Source: a virus
Virus record (IMG/VR): IMGVR_UViG_3300028534_000014
Span: 55,272 to 119,271 of that record
DNA: 64,000 nt
Direction: 5' to 3' (one strand)
In this document: positions 29,988 through 41,200 of the stretch, one piece after another
Numbering within the stretch: position 1 is the first letter of the stretch
Layout: each line of letters opens with the position of its first letter
Program-made: the position numbers and the translations under genes
Notes under the pieces: model-generated
Told to the model about the DNA's origin: nothing
The model's input: the letters and a program-made list of their open reading frames with translations, nothing else
The model's database searches: none

Positions 29988-30796
29988 GACACACCTCTTG
30001 CTGTTGAGTTACCTATCTCTATCGTAGCATCATAAGCAGTATCTATATCATTAACAACTAATGGATTATATTGACTATCTATATTAACAAAATAACTAGC
30101 TTGAGGGATAGCTAAACCTAAAGGAGTAGGTCTACCTGTATATAAGCAAATTTCTCCTATATTATATTTAATCTCCTCTGCTCTATCTGGGTATAATAAG
30201 TCAATAGCTTCTTTAATATAAGACTTCTCTATCTTTGTTAAAGCTATCTTTAATTTAGCATTAGCTACCACAAAACTCATATTATCTTTTTCAGGTATAC
30301 TCTTAATATGTTGTGTAGCAGGATTGTAACCACTAGTAAATAACTCTTCCACCGACCATACTACATCTTTAGTTAGTTTATAATAGTTTATTTCACTAGA
30401 GATTGTCTCTATTCGTTTTAAATAGAATAAATTATATACAATTCCGTCTATTGTTTTTTCTACGATGATACTATATTTATTAGCCTCTTCTGTAGTTATA
30501 GATGAAGATTTCCTCTTAATCTTAAATGGGATAGGTATATATACATCTATATCTGTTGGGTCATGGTATATGTTTGTAGTAGATACCACACCATTATCTA
30601 CAACGCTAGCTATTGACAAACCTAAACCCCACCAATTAAGATAAGGGATATTATCAATAGTCTGTGGGTAGGGTACAAGTTTCCCATATTTCTCATTTAG
30701 AGTAGTACCAGATACAGGTATGTATGGGATATTAAGTTTCTTACATATATCTATAGCATCACTATAGATGGTCTTGGTATTAGTTATCATCATCAT
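29984..30796 (-). CDS. Conserved phiKZ-like virion structural protein (gp139-like)
   Basis: WWGLG, HDPTD..VY.PIPF, .FYLKRI and IGEICLYTG motifs recalled from phiKZ-like structural proteins. Confidence 0.6.
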   Translation of the reverse strand: MMMITNTKTIYSDAIDICKKLNIPYIPVSGTTLNEKYGKLVPYPQTIDNIPYLNWWGLGLSIASVVDNGVVSTTNIYHDPTDIDVYIPIPFKIKRKSSSITTEEANKYSIIVEKTIDGIVYNLFYLKRIETISSEINYYKLTKDVVWSVEELFTSGYNPATQHIKSIPEKDNMSFVVANAKLKIALTKIEKSYIKEAIDLLYPDRAEEIKYNIGEICLYTGRPTPLGLAIPQASYFVNIDSQYNPLVVNDIDTAYDATIEIGNSTARGVS

Positions 30797-31229
30797 CGCC
30801 TTTTAAAAAATCTTTAACATTTAAAGGAGCTGGATTTATCTCTAACTCACCCTCAACTATATCGTTAGGGATAAATGACTCATCTAATTCTAATGGAACT
30901 TCCCCAATAGAATTTCTAGCTTCTCTTAATTGCTGTTGTCTTCTAATAGCAGCCTGCTTAACAGTCTCAATCATACGAGTCTTAATGTTAGTATCGGCCT
31001 TATCTTTCTTTGCTTTATTCTTTATCTCAGCAATCTTAATAATATTAGCTGATGCTGACTCTAATATCTCTTTAGCCGCTCTCATTTCGCTAAAGCGCTT
31101 AGGCGCGCCGTCTTCAAAAGCTCTCTCTACCAAATCATCGAACTTCTGTTGATATTTCTCTATTCTACTTTTCTCTGTCTCGTTAAATATATCCACATCT
31201 TGGAAATCATTATCTTTTTGATCACTCAT
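30780..31229 (-). CDS. Hypothetical protein, helical with acidic tail
   Basis: AAAGGA RBS. Coupled to the downstream structural gene. Confidence 0.65.
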   Translation of the reverse strand: MSDQKDNDFQDVDIFNETEKSRIEKYQQKFDDLVERAFEDGAPKRFSEMRAAKEILESASANIIKIAEIKNKAKKDKADTNIKTRMIETVKQAAIRRQQQLREARNSIGEVPLELDESFIPNDIVEGELEINPAPLNVKDFLKGDDDDN

Positions 31230-31300
31230 CCTATATCCTTTAAGTTATTATGTCATTAAAATATCTTTTAGCTATTAATATGATTATGATGGAGGTATAT

Positions 31301-31672
31301 ATGAAAAAGGTAATACGTAGATTGAAATTTCGCATGTTGTTTAAATCTGTAAATAGTATTGGAGATAAATATTTAGATACTCCATTTAAGAATATAACTA
31401 GACTAAATAAGAAATTGCAATATCTTATAAAAAATGATATTACACTTGATGACGACTTGCCAGAAGAGTATTTTAAATTGAATATGTTAGATTTTCTAAC
31501 AGATGATATGATAATCATAGATGGCAATAAAGCAATTAAAACATTGATTGGGCTGTATTATAAATTGATAGAAAAGATTAATAGCATGGACTTAGGGCTT
31601 GAAAGAAGTATATTACACCGTTATCAAATATTAGTAGAGACTATATTGAAGTCTATTAATGAGTATATATAA
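31301..31672 (+). CDS. Hypothetical protein
   Basis: GGAGG RBS at 31291-31295 places the start at ATG 31301 (ORF track start 31250). Confidence 0.6.
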   Translation: MKKVIRRLKFRMLFKSVNSIGDKYLDTPFKNITRLNKKLQYLIKNDITLDDDLPEEYFKLNMLDFLTDDMIIIDGNKAIKTLIGLYYKLIEKINSMDLGLERSILHRYQILVETILKSINEYI

Positions 31673-31687
31673 TATATTTTTAAACAC

Positions 31688-31704
31688 ATATTATTAAGAC
31701 AGTC
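31688..31704 (+). promoter_or_regulatory. Putative phage promoter motif
   Basis: ATATTATTAAGACAGTC upstream of the 31731 operon. Confidence 0.6.
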
Positions 31705-31730
31705 TTGAAGTTAAAAAAAAAGGAGAAGAC

Positions 31731-32186
31731 ATGTCAAATAGTAAGTTAACAGTAATAAAAAGAGATAGCCCTAACACATCGCCGCACGGGAAGTTAGCGA
31801 CATTCTTTAGAAGAATAGCTAGAGCTAATGGAGGTGTGAAAGGATTGTTACAGGCACTTAGTAGAAACCATAGTTATGGTAAATCTACTAAGAACGAGAT
31901 AACGAATACCAATGCATTGATAAAAGAAATGACATCGGATACAATGACATTGGCGACTTTTATAAAGTTAATAGCAATAAGATTTATACCTAAGCGAATA
32001 GTGTTGCATATTGAGATAATAGATAGAAAGGGAGATACTTTAACATATAGCATCCCCATGAAAATAACAGAAAAGTTAGTAGGAGGCTTGAATGACGATA
32101 GCGATGAAACAAATGACTCAGTATCTGAAAACGAGCCAGGTACTAGAGAAAGAAAAAGAGGTGCTGGTAAAGGAAGAGCCGGTTAA
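31731..32186 (+). CDS. Hypothetical basic protein
   Basis: AAGGAG RBS, preceded by the repeated upstream motif. Overlaps the next gene by 95 nt. Confidence 0.65.
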   Translation: MSNSKLTVIKRDSPNTSPHGKLATFFRRIARANGGVKGLLQALSRNHSYGKSTKNEITNTNALIKEMTSDTMTLATFIKLIAIRFIPKRIVLHIEIIDRKGDTLTYSIPMKITEKLVGGLNDDSDETNDSVSENEPGTRERKRGAGKGRAG

Positions 32187-33384
32187 AGAGCATATAGCTA
32201 AAGAAGAAAAAACAGATGAGATGATACTTACCCACACACTACCATCTGGTAGTGATGGGGATTTTGACACGGTTAAGGATAAATTTATAATAGAAGTAAG
32301 CAGAGATGAACTTCGGAATTTGATATTAAGTTTACCTACTAACCCAGAGGAAGCTAGTTATAGTGTTAAGATAATTACTAATATTAAAGATAATATTGTA
32401 TACCTTAACGATAATGGCTTTACACCAAGAGCTATAGAATTCAACAAAGTTCTATTTGATGAATTACGAACTATAAGACCTAGTATAGCTAAGACAGTAC
32501 CCGAAGATGCTGAAGGCGTCTTTATTATTAAATATGGCATGAGGTCAGCTATCTATCCGAATATCGAAGCTACAAAATTATCTATCCATGCGGTAAAGCA
32601 ATTTATTACTAAGGATAGCAATAAAGCATTAACGGCGTGTAATGAGCATATAGTCCCATATATAGATGCCCGTGATCGTTATAGATATACACATAAGTAT
32701 AGGTTATTAATAGAGTATATCTCTAGAGATGATTTAAAACTATATGACCATATATTAGCTGAAGTAGACGTGCTTTCAATAGCGACTGGGGCTATTCCTA
32801 GACCTCCGACCTTTACGAAGATAGAAAAAGAGGATAACTTTAGCGTACCATTGATATATACAATATCCCCTAATAGAAGATATTATACAGTGATATCCGG
32901 TATCCCTACAGAGCTTCCTAGAGTGGTCAATGCTCAAGAAGATAAATGCGTTATCCGATATAAAGAAGAGAACATTATAAAACAAATAATCATATATCCT
33001 GACGAGTATAAAGATTATGCTATATTTAGTAATATGTTAGATGCTAGAGAACATAGTCAATCAGCATATAACTTAGAAAGAGAGTCTATTATAGTTAAAC
33101 AGAAAGAGATAGACTATAAAAAGACTAAGCTTCTATCTGATGTCGAATTGGATATGTATGCGAAACGCATTGAAGAGATTAGACTTAAAATGGAAGCTGA
33201 TATGGCTACAAATAAAGAGTTTGCTAAACTTAATATGGAGATAATTACATTAAAACAACGATTAGCCGATGCTAAAAACAATAATCTGAAGAACACAGCT
33301 AATGGATTGAATAATAGCGTAGATTTAATTAAATCTTTTAACGCTATACTACAAACAGCAAGCAATTTCGGTCTTTTAGGATAA
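32092..33384 (+). CDS. Hypothetical protein with C-terminal coiled coil
   Basis: AGGAGG RBS at 32081-32086. Immediately upstream of the nvRNAP beta gene. Confidence 0.7.
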   Translation: MTIAMKQMTQYLKTSQVLEKEKEVLVKEEPVKEHIAKEEKTDEMILTHTLPSGSDGDFDTVKDKFIIEVSRDELRNLILSLPTNPEEASYSVKIITNIKDNIVYLNDNGFTPRAIEFNKVLFDELRTIRPSIAKTVPEDAEGVFIIKYGMRSAIYPNIEATKLSIHAVKQFITKDSNKALTACNEHIVPYIDARDRYRYTHKYRLLIEYISRDDLKLYDHILAEVDVLSIATGAIPRPPTFTKIEKEDNFSVPLIYTISPNRRYYTVISGIPTELPRVVNAQEDKCVIRYKEENIIKQIIIYPDEYKDYAIFSNMLDAREHSQSAYNLERESIIVKQKEIDYKKTKLLSDVELDMYAKRIEEIRLKMEADMATNKEFAKLNMEIITLKQRLADAKNNNLKNTANGLNNSVDLIKSFNAILQTASNFGLLG

Positions 33385-33423
33385 AAAATAAAAAGCATAT
33401 TTAGATATGCAATAATAAAGGAG

Positions 33424-35175
33424 ATGACGATGGACATAGTAATGAATGAGATATTTAAACACCAGCCTAAACTAAATAGCATTATTAAACGAGGCATGGC
33501 TCGTGATGTATTACAAAACATCATGGAAGAGTATCATGTTATGCTTGATAGCATGATTAATAAGCATAACGGGAATAACGGGTTATTCAAGTACGTGGGT
33601 TATAGAGCATTATACCCATCTGAAGAAGTGGACTCCATATTAACACCTACACAAAAATCTGGCGGTCAGAGGAAGAATGTAGATATATCTCCAACAGATG
33701 CTCGTAAATATAGAGCGCACTTTATCTACAATGGAGTTAGCTATTATAAAGATATCTATATGATAGCCGTTAATGATATGAGTAGTATTAGAATAAGCAA
33801 TACTAAATATTACTTAGCTCCAGTCTTAGCTAATCCTATTATATCACCAACAAACGATGGACAAGGACTATTCCTAAACCCATTCAAGATAAAGAGTATA
33901 GCAAAAAGCAGACCTTTTCTAGTCAGCTATAATGATAGAGTGGTCGATGGCGCGCCTGTGTATATTGAGAAATTCTATAACAGTAAGAGGATAGATGATA
34001 AAATTAATCCTGTATACAAAAATATAGAGTGTCCATTAATATTCTATACATTATGCAGATATACTATAGAGGAGCTAGTGAAACGTGAGAAATATGACTA
34101 TGGTAAAGACTTCTTAATAATCGATCGTAAAGATGTGAAGTTAAAGAAAATAGACTTAACTAAATACGATATAGTAAAATCATTAGGCAAGCATCATCCT
34201 GATGTTAGTAAGAGAGTAGAACTGCCTAAAAACAATATAATAATACTCATTAACAAGGATATAAAAAACAACAGGTTCCTATTAGAACTGGCTTTTAATT
34301 TGATGTACGCCTTTGATGCGTATCCTGATATGGCTGAGGCTGTGGTTAATAGTATAGGATTAAATTCAGAACTACCTATGTGGAAATTATTTACAGGGGC
34401 TATGACTTTTAAAGAAGCGTATACGCGTGAGCGTATAATCGAAGCAATCGATGAGCATCTCAATAGGATAGAGAATTACCTAGAGCCGTTATCTATCAAG
34501 AGATTTGCTCAAATGGGTATTAAAGTTGAGACAATGCATGACTTAATTATCGCGCTTACTAAAGAATTTAAAGATAGACTAAGTACGAGTAGAGAGTATG
34601 ATAATCAACAGCAATTTAAAGAGAGGCATTTAGAGATAGTTTATTATGTATTATTTAACCTAATCACTACTCTAAATATCGAGTTTGATAACCTACTAAC
34701 CACGGCTAAAAAGAATAGATTAACCGATAAAAATATTAATCAGTATCTAAACAAGCTAATGCCAACTAGAGCTATACTAAATATTAGCAAGAGTAGTAGT
34801 CAGATATTGCCATTAATGCTATTTAATACTGTCCCTGATAACGGTAGCTTTAAGATATATCCTACGTTAGAGATACAGGAGAGAGGGGATGGCGTAAGTA
34901 GAGCCAAAGCTAAAAGAGGTAAAGCATTCCCTGAGAATGTTAGAAAATTAACAGGAATGAGTATGTTTATAGGGAGTCTATATTATCAACCTAAAGCCTG
35001 TCCTACGCCGTTAGTGAGATTAAATCCAATGAGTCAATGGGATGAGGAGTATCAACCATTATTAAGCAAAAGCATGGATACTAAAGTAAATAGATTGAAT
35101 AAACTACTATCCAATACGTTTGAAGATATCAGTTTTGAAGAAGATATTGATACCATTAAAGATGATGACCTATAG
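33424..35175 (+). CDS. Non-virion RNA polymerase beta subunit, N-terminal part (phiKZ gp123-like)
   Basis: N-terminal ..PKLN..I..G.A pattern, YYLAPVLAN..ISP, and PTP..RLNP features recalled from gp123. Confidence 0.75.
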   Translation: MTMDIVMNEIFKHQPKLNSIIKRGMARDVLQNIMEEYHVMLDSMINKHNGNNGLFKYVGYRALYPSEEVDSILTPTQKSGGQRKNVDISPTDARKYRAHFIYNGVSYYKDIYMIAVNDMSSIRISNTKYYLAPVLANPIISPTNDGQGLFLNPFKIKSIAKSRPFLVSYNDRVVDGAPVYIEKFYNSKRIDDKINPVYKNIECPLIFYTLCRYTIEELVKREKYDYGKDFLIIDRKDVKLKKIDLTKYDIVKSLGKHHPDVSKRVELPKNNIIILINKDIKNNRFLLELAFNLMYAFDAYPDMAEAVVNSIGLNSELPMWKLFTGAMTFKEAYTRERIIEAIDEHLNRIENYLEPLSIKRFAQMGIKVETMHDLIIALTKEFKDRLSTSREYDNQQQFKERHLEIVYYVLFNLITTLNIEFDNLLTTAKKNRLTDKNINQYLNKLMPTRAILNISKSSSQILPLMLFNTVPDNGSFKIYPTLEIQERGDGVSRAKAKRGKAFPENVRKLTGMSMFIGSLYYQPKACPTPLVRLNPMSQWDEEYQPLLSKSMDTKVNRLNKLLSNTFEDISFEEDIDTIKDDDL

Positions 35176-35227
35176 CACCTTAGAGTGCTATAGGTATTAT
35201 CTTAATAGTGTGTTTCTTTTTTTCTTT
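35168..35227. terminator. 11-bp hairpin between convergent nvRNAP and TMP genes
   Basis: ACCTATAGCAC-CTTAGA-GTGCTATAGGT, with a T-rich tract at 35213-35227. Confidence 0.62.
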
Positions 35228-38200
35228 TTAGGTCTCTGGTATCCATTGTCATTACGTTTGTATCTCTAACATGTGTCTTAGAATGCTGTTGATGTAATGG
35301 TGTTGTTAACTCTTGACCACTTCTACTACTTGGTAACTTATCTATAGAGTTAAGTATGCCTTCTAACAATTTGTTAGTTGTATCTGTCTTATCTAAAAGA
35401 GGACCTTTAACATCAGCTGTCACAGTATCAGGAATAGCTACATTAACATTTGGTGCATCCACCTTGATATGTTGAGCTGTTTTTACTGTTTTATTAATCA
35501 CTTCTTGCTGATTAGCTTTAGCTGTATGTTTACCTATACGAATAGGCGCTATGTCCTCACTATCTTTATTTAACTTAGGTTTGCTTCCTATATCGTTTTT
35601 AGATATGCCATTATTAGATAACTCTCCTTTCTTTTTCTCCATAGTAGCACCTAGCTTATTACCAATGCTATTGTCTTTAACTGTAGCACTATTGTTATGT
35701 AGCCCTGTAATAGTCTTAGATTTATTAGTGACAACTACTTCTTCACTATCATTAGACGCGTCTGGGACATCTAGTAGTCTTTTAGCTTCCTGCAAAACTT
35801 TAAGCATTCTACTATAACTATTTCTAGCGGTTTGTCCTCCATAATAGCCTGTGCCTTTATAAGGGTCTTCTATAGATGCAAATTCTTTAGATAGATTATG
35901 TATGAAATCTTTATCGCTTAATAATCCATCCTCCCATCTATTTAATCCTCTCTTACTAATTAATCTCTTAACGATTAAGAAATCTTGAGTCGTAGCACTA
36001 AATTGTGCTCTTGGGTCTATACCGGTTTGTTTAACCATCTCTTTTAAAGTAGCTTGTGTAAATTGGTATTTACCAACTGCCGATGTTGGCATATTAGTAC
36101 CTTTAGTTAAATTACTTAACTTAATCTGGATTTTATAAATATCAGCAACACTCTTATCAGTAAGTGTAACTGTTTTAGGTATATACTTACCATTACCGAA
36201 AGTGTAGTTATATCCATCAGGACCTTCTTTTGACTCGTATTTAGCGATTGCTTCTAATATAAGCTTCTCACCTCTTGAGATAGTAAAGTTTGTCTTACTA
36301 CCATTAGCTAATGGTATAGATGAATTAACCGTAGCTTTAACTTGACTAGGATCAAATCCTATCTCATTGTTAATAGTTTCAGCCGTGGTCTGTCCACTTT
36401 TTTTAGCACTCTTATGTTCTATATCTATACCAAAGAATGCGAATAATGCCGCTATCGCGCCTTTAGCCGCTTCTTGCACAAAGTTAAGGACTTTTTTGCC
36501 CATACTTTTAGCTTTATTATAGTTACTGTTATTAGGACCGGAGGACTCGCCTACTCTAGTGGATAGTTTACTCTTACTAGGCGATACTAGTTCTGAAGTA
36601 GGCTTACCAGTCTTCTTAACACTAGACGCTAGCCTTTGAGCTTTAGCCACAGTATCAGCGAATTTACTAGGTACACCAGGTTTAGTGCCATTTGCTGTAT
36701 ATGTCCAGGACGCATTATAATCGCGTGTATCTATATGTAAGGTAGTTGGACCATATCCATATCCTCTAAAGCCATATCTACCTGCTAATAATATTAGGTA
36801 CTTCACCTCCTCATCTGTTAAATTAGTATGAATGATATCAATAGCCATGCCTTTCATATGGAATGAATGTTTAGCACCTCCTACTTTGGAGTTTTTGCTA
36901 GGGCTACGATAACCATACTTAACTTCTAACTTCTTACCTGTATCAGTATACCATGTTTTAGCTAGTCCTGTGAATGCCTTTTTGGTAAATGGTTCTAATC
37001 TACCAATATCAGCGCCTTTCTTAGATGTATAATATTTAGAAATATGCTCCATATCATCCTTACTAACCTCCATAGGCATAAACATAGCTCTACTATGCTT
37101 TATATAATTGCCTCCACTTATAGTAGTAGCTGATGCCGGGTTAACAGTTTGTGGATGTGTATTACTACTATGTCTTATATTAGGATTAGTCTCCCCTAAC
37201 TTAGCTGTATTACCAGCATCAACTGTATCTATGTTTTTAAGTTTATAACTACCTCTATCGAGTATATCCTGAACTATATGAAGAGCCTCCATGCCCTCAC
37301 CAGCTGTCTTTGGTGATACCTGGATATGTGCAAATACATGCTGTTTATCTATACCAAATTTACTAGTGATACATCCAGCTACTTTTTTAAGACTTTCTAT
37401 TTGTGCTTTTGTATACGGTTGCCACTTCTTAGTATCCTTATAGTATGCTGAAACCATCTCTATTCCGATAGCATTATTGTTAGAGACTATATTTCTATAT
37501 TTTGGTAATCGTTTACCTACATGCGCATAACGATATGATAGTTTACCAAATTTATGTATAGTACCATCTCTATCAATATAAATGTGCGCTCCATACCCTT
37601 TGCTATAAAATCTACCAAATGATAACTTAGAACCAGCTGTATTGTGTACTATTAAATAATCAGGCTTACCATTATCAAAGCTCTCATAATTCATAATCTC
37701 ACGAGCTTTCTTTGGCGCTTTATACCAGAGTACAGGTATCCCACAGAGTTCATCTTTACCATCTATAGCATCTTGAGGTATAATGGTATCTGGTAACGCC
37801 TTCCAATGTTTTCCTGATTTAGGAGTAATTCCATGTGCTATATATGACTTATACGATGTAGAGTCTTGGATGCTTTTAGGACCTGAAATTTGTCTATTGT
37901 TAATCTGGTTATTTGCATTCGGGTTAGATATATCTTTAGCTGTAACAGCGTCATATACATCATACGCTGTAGTAGCTAAAAATCCTAATGGTAATAAATT
38001 AACAATAGCTTCTAACGCCTGAACACCTGCCTCTTTATAATGCCCGGCTACTAGAGCCTTACTAGCATCATATATACTTAATGCAGAACCCATTATAGGC
38101 ACTTTCTTAAGACCTTTGCCTAATAACTTAGAACCTAATTTACCTAACCCTTTCTTCGATGCAGTCTTAGCTATATTCTCAGCTTCTTTAACCTTTGTAA

Positions 38201-41200
38201 TCTTGCTAGATAATGTTCTAGTTAATTTATCTGCTCTCTCTGTATCCCTATCTTTAAATGTCTTGTGAGCTAGTTTTAAAGACCCAGCGCCAGCTAACAT
38301 TAAGCCAGTTGTCTGTACCCCAGAATAAGAGGTATCATTAATATTAACTTGTTGCTCCGCTAACTCTTTGTTAACTCTATTCTTATCGACCAACCCATGA
38401 CCGCTTTTTAACGGGATAGTCATATCAGGATTAGTAACCTGCTGGTCTATAGTATATGCAGTAAACTTATTAAGTTCATATGTTATATCTTTATGAGATG
38501 TATGATTATCTATACTAGGATGCGATGTATGTGTATGATGGAATTTATCCTTAACCCAATCCCAAGCATCACCTCCATACTCATAAAGACCGTATGCAGC
38601 TCCAGCTATAGCAGCAGCTTTCCCAGGCTTACCTTTCAGTGCTTTGAATGCTCTACTTAATAGACTGCTTTTACCAGCAGCTCTAGCATCTCTCCAATTC
38701 TTACCAGATAAGAAGTCTCCCATCTTTTTCCCTAATAATAATGGAAGAGTCTTTTCTAATACCCATCCGATACCTGATAGTATCTTGCTGGATACTAGAA
38801 CACCACTTTTTATTATCTTACTCGCGCCTGATATACCGGTTAATGTAGCTGATATTACTGTCAATGGGTTTAATAATTTGGCTAAGTTCCAAACCCCTTT
38901 GGCTATACTATTACCTGTCAACTTCATAACCTTTGCTAACAGATCAAATGGCTTGAGGAAATTAACTGAGAATAAGCCTTTTAATCCAGCGAATACACCA
39001 CTTGCTAATAATCCTAAGATACCTTTATCGATGACTGATTTTTTATCATTACTCTGGCTTTCCTTATTATCCTCGTTATCTTTTTTATTTCTTCTAGATA
39101 AGATATCTCTCCAAGAGTTATCTCGAAAACCGTTTCCGTCTCTATCAGCCTCTACCTTCTTTTTCTTCGTAGACTCTACAATAGATTTTGCGTATTCAGT
39201 AAGCCTCTTAAGAATGGATGTTTGCTCCCTTTCATCATCGGCTAATGTATGCTTCTTACCACTCGCTTTGCTTAAGAGATCTTTGTGATTTATTTTATCA
39301 GGTACTTCAATATCATCGGGATCATATCCGTTTGCATTAATAGCGATGCTGTTGATTAATCTAATGAACTTTGAGCTAATATTAGTTAATGTATTTTTTA
39401 CAGCACTACCCACGCTATCCTTAGTTGAAAACCTGTTCTTAGCTTTTTCAGTAAGATTATAAATATAATCTACTGTTTTATCTGCTTCTTTTGATATCTC
39501 TATAGGTGAAGATCTTTTACTCTTTCTTTTGAACGAGTAATATCTATTCTTGATTTTAGCATAAACATCTTTAATTAAAGAATTAGTAATAACTCTATCT
39601 TTCTTTTTAATACTCGGCATTATATCAGCTATAGTATTATCTAAATCTATATCATCTACTTCATCTTTATAAGATAGTATCTTTCTAGATAGACTAGATA
39701 TAGTATCCATAGTAACTTTTCTAAGCTTTTGGAATAGTGAGCGAGCCTTCTTAACCTTTACTCTCTTTTCAACTTCACTAATAGCCATAGTTACATTGGT
39801 TTTAACATCTTTAACTAATCTCTCTCTATCTTCTTTAGACATGTTACCTGGGTCTATGTCTAACTTTTGTACTTCTGTCTGAATAGTGGTCTTTAGTTTA
39901 TCAATCCCTTTATTTATATCGATATCTTGAATAGCCTCTTTACCTTGTTTCCCGAGATTAATAATTTTCTCTGTAATGCTTTTCTTATTTTTATCAAATT
40001 CTCTATCATTAGCCGATTGTTCACTACTCCTATTACCAATAATATTGCCAACCATATCAGCTGACATATTGTTATAGTAATCTTTATTAAGAGTATAATC
40101 ACGAGTCTTTTTATCAAAGTTAATAATACCGAGTTTAACTAGTTCTTCAGCATGCCCTGTTTCCATATATTTCTGTATAAGCTGGATAGGCATAGGTTGA
40201 CTGCGATTAATATCTTTAATTCTCTTATCTAAATTGAAGACACTATCATAATCTTGTTCGCCGTTTTTATTTGTAGTAGCTAATTTGAATATCTTTAAGA
40301 ACTTCTCCTTACTATCTTTATCAAGTCCTTTAAAGAAATCATGTTTATCATCTATATCTAATGTAGTGAATGACTTTTTACGCGTTTTACCTACTAACTG
40401 TCTACCAAATATCTTACGCTCTTCAGGTGTTAATTTAATACCACTCGCACTTTCTAACTCTTGGATAGCTAAACTAGTATTTCTAGATAAGCTCGAGTCT
40501 CTCAATCCATCAAAGATATCTTGACGAACTCGTTCTCTAATGCCTTTTCTATCTGTAAAACTATCTCGTAGATAATCATACCTAAGTTCATTAGGTTTAA
40601 TACCGGTCTCAATAGCTTGCACACTCGCTTGAATTTTTGATAGCAAATCCGGTATAACTATATTAAGTGTCGTATGAGTTCTATTATCGAAGATAGCCGG
40701 TGAGTTAAATGCTTTACTACCTACTTCGATTTTAGGATTAACGCTCTCATCATCAAATAATGATGCTATCGCGCTCCATCCAGACTTCTTGATACTTGAC
40801 CAAACACCATCACCTCTAACTGCATCTCGTTTAGCTTCAAAATACTCTCTACCTCCTTCTTCTATAGGAGCAAAAAACTCTCTAGCTTTCTGACCTACTT
40901 TAGTCTTTGATAACATATTACCTGCAAATGTTCCAATTGCATCTCGAACAGCATCGGCGCCCATGCTACCAGCCATAGACGCTTTAGAACCCATTCCACC
41001 CATATTGTTAGACACATCACTCGCTAAACCAATACCATCTAAAATACCTGTTATAGAGTCTCTAGCCTGTCCGGATATATTAGTTATCTTATTTTTAAGT
41101 CTAGTTAATACAGTAGAGTTTGATACAATGCCATCGATAAAGTTTCGACTCATATCTTGTTTCATCTTACCCATAACACCTTCAGATGTTTTCATTTTTA

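Noticed and set aside
33395-33410. GCATAT-TTAG-ATATGC mini hairpin before the nvRNAP gene
   Set aside because: A 6-bp AT-rich stem is too weak to distinguish from chance.
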